This document shows, piece by piece, positions 1 through 12,410 of a stretch of 64,000 nt of DNA. The first letter of the stretch is position 1. Each line of letters opens with the position of its first letter. Under the pieces are notes generated by a model that was given only the letters and a program-made list of their open reading frames with translations, was not told the origin of the DNA and did no database searches. The DNA comes from Octopus sinensis. Lineage: Eukaryota. The translations under genes and the position numbers were made by a program. The stretch spans positions 28,272,001 to 28,336,000 of the forward strand of contig NC_043016.1 in assembly GCF_006345805.1 (NCBI RefSeq). The letters are read 5' to 3'.

Positions 1-1023
1 ATTTCACAATAAAAATTTATTAAAAAATAAATTTGTATAAATTAATTTCTTTTTCATTCAAGAACGGAGAAGCAATATAAGAAAATTACTTAAACCAATT
101 TAACTCTTAAAGTCACAGCATCTAATTGGTACCATGAGGAAGAATAAACAGCTTTAAACAAGAGGATTGTTTCTTAAATCATAGTGTTGAGTTCAAATTA
201 TTTTATGGTCTATTGAACACGTCTACCAGAAACCACTCAAGTGCAACTACTCCTTTATTCTCTACAAAGAAGCAAATATTTCAGAAGTCATTCAATAATC
301 CAAAGACTACAATCAAGAGGGTCATCTTTATTAAGGATACCATAGAAAAGACCTAATAATTGCTCTTCCACAGAATATGACAGAGTGATGAAAGTTGACT
401 TGGGAGAGGCAGCTGAAAATTTCATCACATCTTGTTCAGTCCTCATAGAGACTAAACATTATCATGGTTTCTGAATCTGCAAGACAGCATATTTTATTGG
501 AGTTAAATGTGTCCTGACAGGAGAAGATGGAAGAGATACAAAAATAGAAGGTGAAGAACCAAGAGTTGGCGGAGGATCAAGTGTGTGCCAGTGGAAATAG
601 ACTGGTGATGGTTTGCATATTGTTCTCTTAGTAAGGCCTATGGAGAGTAGAACTATCAAAAACAAAGAACTCTCAAAAGGAATGAGGAGGATACAAAAAA
701 TGCATCAAGGTGGCTCTGGCTAAGAAATAGGTGACTGCTAGGGGGTCAGTAGTAACAAACCTAGTCCTAGTCGCTTAGATGAAGGTGAATGTCAAAAAAC
801 ACTAAGCACCCAGTGCCCCAAAGATACAACACTGATGATGTTTCCAAATATTGCATCCAAAAATTTATGAAGGACTAAGAAGTAGATTATAACTCAAATA
901 ATTGTTTTTGCAATTAAAATTACAAGTATTTTAAAAAGAAACTACACCATTACTTAAAAATTTATATTTAAAAATGTCTGTTTTTAGACCATTTTTCACA
1001 TTTTGGGTGTTTTGATATAATGT

Positions 1024-1400
1024 TCATCATCATCATCATCATCATTTAGCGTCCGTTTTCCATGCTAGCATGGGTTGGACGGTTCAACTGGGGTCTGTGA
1101 AGCCGGAAGGCTTCATCAGGCCCAGTCAGATTTGGCAGTGTTTCTACGGCTGGATGCCCTTCCTAACACCAACCACTCCGCGAGTGTAGTGGGTGTTTTT
1201 TATGTGCCACCTGCACAGGTGCCAGACAGAGCTGGCAAACGGCCACGAACGGATGGTGCTTTTACGTGTCACCGGCATGGGGCCAGCCGAGGCTGGCAAC
1301 GAACACGAGCGGATGGTGCTTTTACGTGCCACCGACATGGGGCCAGACAGAGCTGGCAAACGGCCACGAACGGATTTTACGTGTCACCGGCACGGGGGCC
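1024..1400 (-). mobile_element. LINE-tail-related repeat with (GAT)n tail and internal ~60-bp subrepeats
   Basis: GGAAGGGCATCCAGCCGTAGAAAC...GCATGGAAAACGGACG tail; copies at about 31620-32005, 33535-33865, 44520-44835, 63680-64000. Confidence 0.75.
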
Positions 1401-1603
1401 AGAATACTTTCCAAATATCTTTCAGACAATCTTCCTAAGTTAAGCCAAAAATTAAACTGGAAAGATCATTGGAATCATGTTAATAGAGTAGTGAAAGGAC
1501 ACCACAAAAAAAAGTGTTAAAAAAAAAAAAGGAAGAAAACAAATTTAAGTAAATGAAGTTATATGAAAGTGAGGCTATAAAATAAAGAAAATTTTCTACT
1601 TAC

Positions 1604-1806
1604 ATCCATCCATTTACATTCTTTCACTTCTTGTAAACATGGATTTATCTCTTCAGTTAATGGCCGTAAAACACAAATGAAATATATATCTGAGCAGCCA
1701 AAATAGTAGTTGTGTTGATGGCGGAATGCTAATAGTGATTCAAATTTACATTTAACACCAGTTTCTTCAAATGTTTCCCTGATAGCAGTATCTGGTAAGT
1801 CCTCTT
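1604..1806 (-). CDS. NUDT6: NUDT6-like exon 6 (QEDLPDTAIRETFEETGVKCKFESLLAFRHQH...CKWMD), Nudix box
   Basis: cag acceptor, GTAAGT donor, 203 nt; completes GX5EX7REXXEEXGU; FRH.H and SDIYFIC.L motifs. No terminal exon found in 1-1603, so the gene continues left of the window. Confidence 0.93.
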
Positions 1807-2135
1807 CTGCATAATAATATAATAACATTTAAATTAAATTGTGCATATATAATATATACATTAGTAAATATATAATGAAATAAACTGGTGTATAATGAGT
1901 GTGTGTGTGTGTCTATACCTGTGTTTGTTCTCACCACTGCTTGACAACTGGTGATGGTGTGTTTATGTCCATGTAATTTAGTGGTTCACCAAAAGAGATC
2001 AATAAAATAAGAACCAAGCTTAGAAAATAAATAAGTACTGGGGACCAATTTATTTGACTAAAAATTCTTCAATATGGTGCCCCAGCATGGATGCAGTCTG
2101 AGAATTGAAACAAATAATAGATAAAAGATACATAC

Positions 2136-2240
2136 GTTTTTCAGCATGGCCTCCAGGTAATTTCCATTTTGCCTGCTCTGAAAAAGTTTCTTTAATAACA
2201 AGCAGTTGATTTCTTTCGTTAACAACAAAACCAGCAACCC
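2136..2240 (-). CDS. NUDT6: NUDT6-like exon 5 (VAGFVVNERNQLLVIKETFSEQAKWKLPGGHAEK)
   Basis: ttttttcag acceptor, GTATGT donor, 105 nt; WKLPGG leads into the Nudix box. Confidence 0.92.
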
Positions 2241-3633
2241 CTGAAAAAAATACACACAAAAGAATATATGTAAAAAAAAGGAAATAATTTATAGCATTAT
2301 CATTTTGACGTCTGTATCCTTTTTTCTTTTCAGATAATTTTCATCATCTTCAATGTGTTTTTGACACAACATTTTAATGAGTATTCTCTCCTACAGACTA
2401 TAGTTTTCAGGTGTTATTACCAAAAAAACATATTTATTGGTACTGATTTGAAACTTGTCAGTCAAGTCTATGGGGAACTCAGGCTTTTATGACAACCATT
2501 CTATAATAGAAATAAAACAGTCACAACTTAGCTCAGCTTTGAAGGTTCCTCCTTGATTGGACACCTGTCTGCTACAAGGTTAACCCCAGCTGCTACTGCT
2601 GAAAGCACCAATTTCCAGTTGAATAGACTGAAGTAATGTGAAATAAGGTGTCTAGTGACACAACATACAGCCTTGTCCAAGGCTTGAACCCACCACATTA
2701 TGATCTTGAGCCCAACATTCTAACAACTAGGCAATGCCTTGTGAGACAGATTAGTTTTATCCTATTAATGCACTGTGTGTGAGACATCTGATGTAGATAA
2801 TAGCTGCAGGTGTACAATCTGGGTGTGCTTCAACATGGTCATGCTCATTACCCACTAGTCATTGGCAGTAGATGCCAGCGATATCAACTCTAAGGACTGA
2901 CCCAAGAAATAGCCCATCAGGAGAGTTCCTTCTCTTTTTTTTCTTACAAATCGAAAACAAAAGGGATATCTATACATTCTTATATTTCTCTCACAGTGAC
3001 AGTTCCTCATTTTAAAATTTATTTCAATCTTTCTGATACACACTTTGTTGTGCATCACACACACTCTCACCCTTTCTCTCTCACGTGCATGCACACACAC
3101 TCTCACTCTCTCTCTCACATACATGTACATACTCACACACACACACAAAATTTCTGCTATATATTATTTATATGCATGTATAGTGTATGTATATAATATA
3201 TGCACGCATATGCATATGTGCGTATGTATGTATGTGTATATATATATTTATATATATATATATATATGTACACACACACAACTATATCCGTATGTATGTC
3301 CATAGACACACACTCATATATACATATCTACGTGTCTATCTTTATCTATATAAATACAAATATGCCTATATCTGTGTGTGCGCACATATGTGTGTGTGTG
3401 CATGTGTGTATGTCTGTCTGTTCCCCACCACCACTTGACAACTGGTGTTGTTGTGTTCATGTCCCCATATCTTAGCAGTTCAACAAAAGAGATCAATAAA
3501 ATAAGAACCTGGCTTATCAAAAATAACTATTTAGTTTTGTTCAACTAAAGATTCTTCAGGGCAGTGCTCCAACATGGCTGCCATCAAATTACTGAAACAA
3601 ATAAAAGATAAAGGATAAAATATATATACTCAC

Positions 3634-3739
3634 CAATATATTGATTGGCATATTCTGGCAATGTATTGGGTTCATCTGTTTTCAACCATTTGTTGAGCAT
3701 AACATAACCTGGCTGAGCATGATGGAAATCAAATCCGCA
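3634..3739 (-). CDS. NUDT6: NUDT6-like exon 4 (CGFDFHHAQPGYVMLNKWLKTDEPNTLPEYANQYIG)
   Basis: cag acceptor, GTGAGT donor, 106 nt; GFxFHHA...ML..WL...LP.YA signature of the NUDT6 family. Confidence 0.92.
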
Positions 3740-4495
3740 CTGGAAGAAAGCAAACAATGATACAGAGTAAAATAATTATTTATTCCAAACAGAAAAATGA
3801 AGAATCACAACTCTGTTTCTTGATGACTGATGACAGATAATTGTGGTGGGAGTTGTTGTTGCTGTCTAGCCCTAGGTAGCTTTGATAAAGCAGATTTGTA
3901 ATCAAAGACATTCCAATCATGATCATCTCCTCTGTGTGGAGGCACATGGCTTCATGGTTAGGGTGTTGACCTCATGATTGTATGGTGGTGGTTTCGATTC
4001 CTGAACCGGGTGATGCGTTGTGTTCTTGAGCAAAACACTTCGTTTCACGTTACTCCAGTCTACTCAGCTGGCAAAAGTGAGTAATCCTGTGATGGACTGG
4101 CATCCTGTCCAGGTGGGGAATTTATATACCATGAAAACTGGGAAACCAGCCCTCATGAGTCAGCATGACCCAAGAAGGAAACTTTACATCCTACCTGTTC
4201 TAGATCAGAGACTACATTGGCCAGTGTATCCTCCTTTATTTAGCATATTAGAGTGTAGTTTGAAGAAGATTTGGCTATTTTTAGTAGGTTCAGCAACTTC
4301 CTGGAGGTTTCCTTTTTGGTTACGATCATAGATGGAATGTTCTGCTTAAAAATCACATCACAAACATTAAAAGAAATAAAAAGGTTTTTAAAAAAACTGT
4401 AAAATAAAAAAGACTAAGCAAAAGATGGGTGGGGTTGGAATACACACACATCTGTGCCTGTATGTGTGTACATGCGTATGTGTGTGCATTTGTAT

Positions 4496-5220
4496 TGGTT
4501 CGGATAGAAACATTAGTATGCCGGGCGAAATGCTTAGCAGTATTTCGTCTGCCGCTACGTTCTGAGTTCAAATACCGCCGAGGTCGACTTTGCCTTTCAT
4601 CCTTTCGGGGTCGATTAAATAAGTACCAGTTACGCACTGGGGGTCGATATAATCGACTTAATCTGTTTGTCTGTCCTTGTTTAGCCCCTTGTGGGTAGTA
4701 AAGAAATAGGTATTTCGTCTGCCGTTACGTTCTGAGTTCAAATTCCGCCGAGGTCGACTTTGCCTTTCATCCTTTCAGGGTCGATTAAATAAGTACCAGT
4801 TACGCACTGGGGGTCGATATAATCGACTTAATCTGTTTGTCTGTCCTTGTTTAGCCCCTTGTGGGTAGTAAAGAAATAGGTATTTCGTCTGCCGTTACGT
4901 TCTGAGTTCAAATTCCGCCGAGGTCGACTTTGCCTTTCATCCTTTCGGGGTCGATTAAATAAGTACCAGTTACGCACTGGGGGTCGATATAATCGACTTA
5001 ATCTGTTTGTCTGTCCTTGTTTAGCCCCTTGTGGGTAGTAAAGAAATAGGTATTTCGTCTGCCGTTACGTTCTGAGTTCAAATTCCGCCGAGGTCGACTT
5101 TGCCTTTCATCCTTTCAGGGTCGATTAAATAAGTACCAGTTACGCACTGGGGGTCGATATAATCGACTTAATCTGTTTGTCTGTCCTTGTTTAGCCCCTT
5201 GTGGGTAGTAAAGAAATAGG
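4496..5220 (+). mobile_element. tRNA-derived SINE (Meta-domain-like) concatemer: degenerate head plus four 170-bp body units
   Basis: Unit starts at 4541, 4711, 4881, 5051; each has a B-box-like GAGTTCAAA and the GCCTTTCATCCTTTCGGGGTCGAT..AAGTACC central domain. Confidence 0.85.
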
Positions 5221-7400
5221 ATAATGGAGTTTTCTGAGTTCTGATCAGTTGGAACATGACTTGAGCCAAGTTCATAAACCAGGTAGAAAATTGTGGCGTG
5301 TGTATCTATGTAAAGTGTTGTCATCAATGTGGCTTTGTGACCAGTTAAGGCATGTACTGAATCATGTTTGTAAACTATACAACAAATTATATGGTTTGTA
5401 GAAATGTGTTATTGAAAAGGGAATGGTATATTGAAAAGCATCCCACAAAGTAGGACATGCACACAGTTTATCATGGAGTACAAGGAGATTTCATACTAAA
5501 TGACTCACATAGAAGTATCATCATCAGCTGGTAATGGGAAAATGAAAGGTTCTGAAAAACAGGTAAGTATAGAGGCATCAAATTGATGGACCAGGTTATG
5601 AAAGATACTGAAAGAGTTATGGCACACAACTAATTAGAAGATGAGATATAGTTTAGATTCATGCAAGAACAGGGAACTATTGATGTTCTTTTCTTAGTGA
5701 GACAAATACACAAGTTTTTAGCTAAGGGCAAACCATTATACCCAACATCTGTTGATGGTATGTATGTATGTATAAGGTGGCGAGCTGGCAGAAACGTTAG
5801 CACGCCGGGCAAATTGCTTAGTGGTATTTCGCCTGTCGTTACGTTCTGAGTTCAAATTCCGCTGAGGTTGACTTTGCCTTTCATCCTTTCGGGGTCGATA
5901 AATTAAGTACCTATTTCTTTATTACCCACAAGGGGCTAAACACAGAGGGGGCAAACAAGGACAGACATAGGTATTAAGTCGATTACATCGACCCCAGTGC
6001 ATAACTGGTACTTAATTTATCGACCCCGAAAGGATGAAAGGCAAAGTCGACCTCGACGGAATTTGAACTCACAACGTAACGCAGATGAAATACCGCTAAG
6101 CATTTCGCCCGGCGTGCTAACATTTCTGCCAGCTCGCCGATAAATTAAGTACCAGTTACGCACTGGGGTCGATAAAATCGACTTAATCCGTCTGTCTGTC
6201 CTTGTTTGTCTCCTCTGTGTTTAGCCCCTTGTGGGTAGTAAAGAAATAGGTATGTATAAAGGTTTGCCCTAGAACTAGAGAAGGCCTTTGGCTCTTTGGT
6301 AGGGTTCCATAGATTTTAATTTAGTGGTTATTAATAAAAGTAGGGATAGATGAAGTTTCATGAGAGTAGTGCAAGCCATGCACAGATTATGATAAAATGA
6401 AAGTTAGCAATGAATTTAGTGTGAAAGGTATCCATTAGGGTTTGGTTCTCAATCTCCTTCTCTTTACTCCCCAGGCCATAACAGTGGAGTTCAAGAGTGG
6501 CTGACTATGGGAACTCTTATATGTTGACGACTTAAATCTCATAGCTGAATCCATTAAGAATTAGAAGAAAAGTTCCAAACATGGAAGCAGAGATTAGATA
6601 TCAGGTGTTCAAACAGCAAACCTAGCAATAGCAAATGTCATAGTTAGCAGGATTGTTCTGGGAGTTGGTCATACTCAACATGCAGAAAAAGAGTAGATAG
6701 TAATCCTATACTTTGTGCCCAAAGTAAATTATTGGTGCATTACAGGCAGGCTTTAAGAGAAGAAAGACTTCATATATAGCATATGCACAAGAATATTAGT
6801 TGTAAGAGTACTTGTGAATTTAATTCTTTCTAATGCTTAAAAGGCTCTTTAGAAGTAGTTAGCTGTTTCCATTACCCAGGTGATCTAATTAGCAGTGGAG
6901 GGCAGTGTTCTGAATGCATAGTAGCCAGAATAGGAGTAGGGTGTAATAGGTTTAAGGAGCAATAAGGGAATTCTTTCTCTCTCTGAGGGACTGTAAGATA
7001 GTTGTGAATGCAGTGTGGTGTTACATGGCAGTTAAACATGGGCAATGAACATAGAAGGTGGGCAGAAACAAGGCTAGCATGCTTTGCTGGATGTGTAATG
7101 TTAGAGTCAATGAAGGATGGAGTACAAATGAGGTTAAGGTAAAAGTATTTGAAATCAGATGTAGTAAGAGAGAAGGATAGAGGTTTTATAGATATGTGAT
7201 GTGTGTGGAGGATAACAGTTGTGTAAAGAAGAATCAGTTGGAAAGAACCTGCAGGCGAAGAAAACCTGAGACATAGGAAAAGCAGTAAAGTCTGATCTCA
7301 GAATGCTATATATATATATAGAGAGAGAGAGAGTGCCTGTGTTGAACCACAAAAAGTGGCAAAATATTGTACTCAAGAAGATTCCTCCTACCCATGCAAG
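5221..7400 (+). mobile_element. Degenerate RTE-type LINE (RT region) interrupted by the nested SINEs
   Basis: Remnant peptides KFLAKGKPLY...LEKAF and LWELLYVDDL (YADD-like) with many stops; boundaries approximate. Confidence 0.6.
5776..6253 (+). mobile_element. Meta-like SINE containing an antisense full-length copy of the same family (5912-6138)
   Basis: A box TGGCGAGCTGG and B box present; 15-bp TSD GATAAATTAAGTACC at 5897-5911 and 6139-6153 flanks the inverted copy. Confidence 0.9.
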
Positions 7401-7937
7401 CATGGAAAAACATATGTAAAGTGATGACGAAGGTGGTGGTGGTTGTGGCAATGACAGTAGTGATGATGATGATGATGACGACGACGACGACAATGATGAT
7501 AATGGTGGTACATATGTATATATATATACACATGTACAATAAAGTATTCTATCCAGAAACCTTATAGAAAGGACAATGTGAGATATATATATATTCTCTT
7601 GGATGGTATAGTAATAGATTTGAACACAAATCTTAGAATTTGTAGTTCAACATTTCCTCCATTTGGTCATTTCGGTTTATTTTGTGCAAGATCAGTAAAA
7701 TTTTATATGAAATAGATGTGAAGGACCAGTTTTCTTTCCAGCCAGACCAGAAATTAGACTTGGGCATTAGCTCTAATCATTCCTGAAGAGTTCTAGAGAT
7801 CATCATCAATATTTAATGTCCATCTTCCATGCATAGGTAAAATGGTTGACAGGAGCCAAACCAGGTAGAAGACTACTCCACCTGGTCTATTGACTACTTC
7901 ACCCATCCATTTCACTGCCCTTTGTTTATTTACTTAC

Positions 7938-8029
7938 CTTTACACATATAGGTATCACTGAAGAATGTTGAGAAAAGACTTTAATCCAAGCAGCTCGATA
8001 GCTAGATTCTTTCCATGATATCAGTGAGT
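7938..8029 (-). CDS. NUDT6: NUDT6-like exon 3 (NSLISWKESSYRAAWIKVFSQHSSVIPICVK)
   Basis: tttttag acceptor, GTAAGT donor, 92 nt, phase 1 to phase 0; SL..W....R..W.K pattern of the NUDT6 N-terminal domain. Confidence 0.88.
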
Positions 8030-9679
8030 CTAAAAATTAAAAAACAAATAAATTTAAATTAGCAATATAAATGAAAAAGAAATTATTAATTTTATTAAGT
8101 TTAACCATTTTGTTACCATATTTCTGTTGAAATACCTTACCTTTGATTCAATCAATTCTGAAATAACGAAGAATTTAATAAAATAACTTTATTGTTAAGC
8201 TAGTGTTTAGAATATATGAATTAACATGGAATTTAGGTGGAAGATTTTAAAGTTAGATCACTTGAATCCTTTTGTTTTCATAATTCCATTCAAATCTACT
8301 ACGTTTGTTTCAATTGATTTTGAAAATAATGAAGAATTTAGTAAAATAACTTTGTCAAAAGCCAATGTTTGGAACATATATTAACATGAAATTTTGAAGG
8401 GAGATTTTAATTTAAATCACTTCAAACAGAAAATTAGTATCATGGAAACAAGTGTTGAGTGGCTTTTAAGAGCAATGGAGACAGTGAATAGTGGTACTAA
8501 AATTGGTAAAGTGAAATTTATTCTCAGTCCACTCTGCAGAGTAGTTGGTGTTAGTAAAGGCCATCCAACCATAAAAATCTCCTGCCAAAACAGACACAGT
8601 AGACTGGGGTAGTCTTCTACCTGGCTGGCTCCTGTCAACTGTCCTACCCATGCATGCATAGAAGATGGATGTTAACGATGATAATAATGATGATGATGGA
8701 AAGTTTAGAGGTGGGATGTTGGTGTGTACCACGATTCCTTCCTCAGTTCCTAAGTTATTAATACTATAGAAAGGAGTGTGGTGCTGAATGAATGTCCCAA
8801 ACTTTTTCATGAACTGCTTTTATCTGAGGGTAAATCTGAGAGTTAACTCTTTTGTTACTATCAATATTTTGAAAGGCATAAACTTTTCTTCAGTTAATTT
8901 TGTAAAGAATAAAGTAACTAATGAAGTAACATTGTTATTATTAAGCTGCTGTTTGGAATCAACATAAAATTTTGATAGGTTTTAAATTAGATCACTTTAA
9001 AAAGAGAATTTGTATTATAGAACCAAGAATGATTTGAGAAGGGTTGGTATGAAAAGGGGGTAATAGGCATAACCTTCTCACTGTTTGATGATAAAATCAT
9101 CATCATTTAACGTCCATTTTCCATGCTGGCATGGGTTGGGCAGTTTGACAGGAGCTGACAAGCTGAGGGACTGTCTGTTTTGGCATGGTTTCTACAGCTA
9201 GATTTCCTTCCAAATTCCAACCTATTTACAGAGTGTATTGGGTGCTTTTGCACAGTACTGGTATGGGTGCCTTTTACATGGTACCAGCACCTAAAAGCCA
9301 GCAATATTAGGGATGCTCAGCTGGTTGCAAGAGCAACCACACTTTTACTTAGCTTGACATGTCTTTTCAAGCACAGCAAACTGCCAAGAGTCTCAGTCCC
9401 CTGTAATCCCCTCTTTGAGTCCTAAAGTCTGTAGATATTTTCCCACCACTTCGTCCCATGTTTTCTTGAGATAACCCCTTCCACATGTCCCCTCTACAAT
9501 TAGAGATCAGCACCTCTTGATGCATACCACTTATATAATACTACATGTGATAAATAAAAAATACATATATAAAATATTGAATAAAAGTTTGCCAATAGTG
9601 AGAAATGTTTCAGATTTTCTTCAGAAATATAATTGCCTTAAATTTAAAGATTTAAATATATTTGAAGAATTTTACATAC

Positions 9680-9753
9680 TTGCTAATTTCTCCTCAAAGT
9701 CATGATCATTAGAATAAGCAATTTCATTACTTAAAATTGTAATTCCACGATAT
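9680..9753 (-). CDS. NUDT6: NUDT6-like exon 2 (YRGITILSNEIAYSNDHDFEEKLA)
   Basis: ttttttccag acceptor, GTATGT donor, 74 nt, phase 2 to phase 1; in frame with both neighbouring exons. Confidence 0.85.
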
Positions 9754-9931
9754 CTGGAAAAAAGGAAATGAAAAGTTTTTAAGTGTGCATGCATGAGTGT
9801 GTGTCTTTTATCTTTTACTTGTTTCAATCATTAGATTGTGGCCATGGTGAAAACTGCCTTGAAGAATTTTTAGCTAAATGAATTGGCTCCAGGACTTGAT
9901 GTTTTTTAAAGGCTGGTACTTATACTACTGT

Positions 9932-10280
9932 GGAGGTACATGGCCTAGTGGTTAGAGCAGTGGACTTGCAGTCGAGGAATCGTGGGTTCAAATGTCAGAC
10001 CGGTCGATGTGTGTGTTTATGAGCGAAAACACCTAAGCTCCACGCGGCTCTGGCAGAAGGTAATGGTGAACTTCTGCTGACTCTTTCACCACAACTTTCT
10101 CTCACTCTTTCCTCCTGCATCTTGCAGCTCACCTGCGACGGACTGGTGTCCCGTCCAGGTGGGGAACCTATATGCCAAGGAAATCAGGAAACCGGCCCTA
10201 TGAGCCTGGCATGGCTCGAGAAGGAACAAACAACAACTTATCCTATTGGTCTCCTTTACTGGACCACTAAGTTACCTGCG
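9932..10280 (+). mobile_element. tRNA-derived SINE with V-domain-like segment
   Basis: TGGCCTAGTGGTTAG / GGTTCAAAT boxes and CCTGCGACGGACTGGTGTCCCGTCCAGG; related copies at about 3935-4190, 24628-24880, 38690-39005. Confidence 0.7.
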
Positions 10281-12410
10281 CGTGTGTGTGTGTCTGTGTG
10301 TGTGTGTAATAATAGTCTAATATACAAACAAGGAAACAATGCAAAATACAACAAGAAGCAATAATATCAATATTAAATTAAATATCAGTTCCTCTAGACA
10401 TTGTGTTGTGTTTCAATTGATAACTTAGTCTCCTCAGTGGAAGAAAGAGTTGTGTACATATAACAATATTTTAAAAACAAGTATTGGACTATTTCATGTT
10501 ATTACCAGTGAGATAGTAAGACAGATACTTTACCAATTGCACTTTCTGCACAACAAATAAAATCTTAAAGCTCCTAGATTTTAAGATGGTGGAGCTCTCA
10601 TATTCTACACAACAAATGCAAAAGATGTATGCGAAAGCAGATTCCATGTTTGTAGTCCCTAAAATTGTATGATACTGTTTTTGAGAGCACAAAAATGGTA
10701 ATTCAAAAAAAAATAATACACACAAATACATAATGTGTGTGCAGCTCTGTGAGTGTGTGTGTAAATGCTAATGCATGTGAATGTATGTATGTATGTATAT
10801 ACCTGCATGTGTATATAAGTATATATAAAATAATCTTTGTTTTAGGTCCACTTTTCTATGCTCACATGGGCTGGATGGAATTTGTTGAGACAGACTTTCT
10901 ACAACCAGATGCTCTTCCTGTGGCCAACACTCACCTGTTTCCAGACATATATCAGCATAATGGAAACGAAGAACATCACATGTATGAAGGTGACACTTGC
11001 TTACAACTATCACACAATCTTTTTAAAAAGGGACAGTAACACACACACACACACACAGAGCAAAAGAAGTTTTTGAAAAATGTTGAGATGTCTGCTATGT
11101 TAAATACCTATTCTGATCCAGAATACACCCATCAATACATACACATGCATACATATATATCAATCAATCAATCAACCTCTAATATGATTGAACAATGAAA
11201 TCACAGTATGGATTGTATTATTCATCCTTTTGATCACCAAATACAAAATGTGGTTCAAAAGACTTCTGTTTGAGTGATTTTCCTGGCTCACCACCACATC
11301 CTTGTATGCCAATCCAACACATTTACAGCTGAATGGGCTGAAGAAACATGAAGTGAAGTGAAGTGAAGTGTTCTGCACAAGAACACAATACACAGCTGGT
11401 CTGGAAATGAAGGTCACAATCTCAGGATCTTGAGTACAACAACTTAACCAGTAAGTCACCATCCTTCACTTATTTACACACACATATGCACACACATTTC
11501 ATGCACACACTAACACATGTAATTTAATTGACAGAAGCTACAAAGTGATTCAAAGGCCAAGAGTTTTGTACATTGGCACTTATCAAATATCAAAAGTTTG
11601 TAAGTGCCAATGAATGAATCTCTCAGCCTTTGAGGCACTTAGTAAGTTCTGCTGACCTTATAATAATCCTGCTTGTCATTGCGTTACTTCACCTGTTGAT
11701 AATGATTTCACATGATTAGAGTAAAATGCGGAGAAAGAAAAGGAGAGGGAAAAAGAGGGAGAGAGAAGCGTCCATAACGTGAGGCAAAGGGAATGTAATT
11801 GTAATACTTTCGCATGATTAGTTGAAGGGAAAGAGAGGAGAAAGAAAAAAGATAAGGTGAAAAGTGATACAGAAAGAGAGAGAAAGAAACATTCATGACG
11901 TGAGGTAGGGGAATGTAATATTTATTATATTGTTAAAAAAGTTAGTTGAAGGTAGAGGAGGAAAGTTAAAAATATAATTTTAGCAGAGGGGTGATGTTCT
12001 GATGGTGAGGTTAAAGAAAGGCAGAGAAAGAGGAAAGAGAGGGGAGAGGAGAGAGGGAAAGTGCAATTCCATGAAATATTCACACTTATTTATGTGGCAG
12101 ATATATGCAATTTCATTAAAGGTTGTACAGGATATTTTTTTTTTTTTTTTTTATGGGGGAAATGGAAAAATAAGAGTGAATATTTATTTTATGAGTGCTG
12201 TGTATTAAGTCTATAAAATTGTGCATAAAGTATATAAAGTGCATTAAGCAATCATTGTATTCCAATTTCTTTCACGTTTCAATGAGTAGCAGATGAGTGA
12301 CTATCTTTTCATACACACTCAACACTGGCTATGCTATCAGGTATTTTGGATAAAGGAATAACCCAATAGGTTTACCATTAATTCCGTGAAGTATTCATGG
12401 ATCCCACTAG

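Noticed and set aside
180-890. Terminal exon of NUDT6
   Set aside because: No phase-0 acceptor followed by a NUDT6-like C-terminus; the region looks like decayed retroelement sequence (a VYQKP motif on the plus strand is faintly Penelope-like).
1075-1443. 122-aa ORF and similar ORFs at 33565, 44428, 31806
   Set aside because: They lie wholly inside a multi-copy LINE-tail repeat with 60-bp subrepeats.
2855-3520. Overlapping ORFs rich in Cys/Val/Tyr/Ile/His/Thr (also near 7155, 17000, 29900, 35950, 41270, 46750, 58900)
   Set aside because: Translations of microsatellites.
4541-5220. CRISPR-like array
   Set aside because: Units are contiguous 170-bp near-identical copies without unique spacers, carry SINE motifs, and no cas genes are present in this eukaryotic DNA.
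9932-10010. tRNA gene
   Set aside because: A and B boxes are present but no convincing acceptor stem, and the sequence runs into a SINE body found several times in the window; the same applies to heads at about 3940, 24630 and 61085.
10534-10658. Cassette or poison exon in NUDT6 intron 1
   Set aside because: AG and GT are present, but the required frame stops quickly, the donor GTAAAG is mediocre, and nothing independent supports it.
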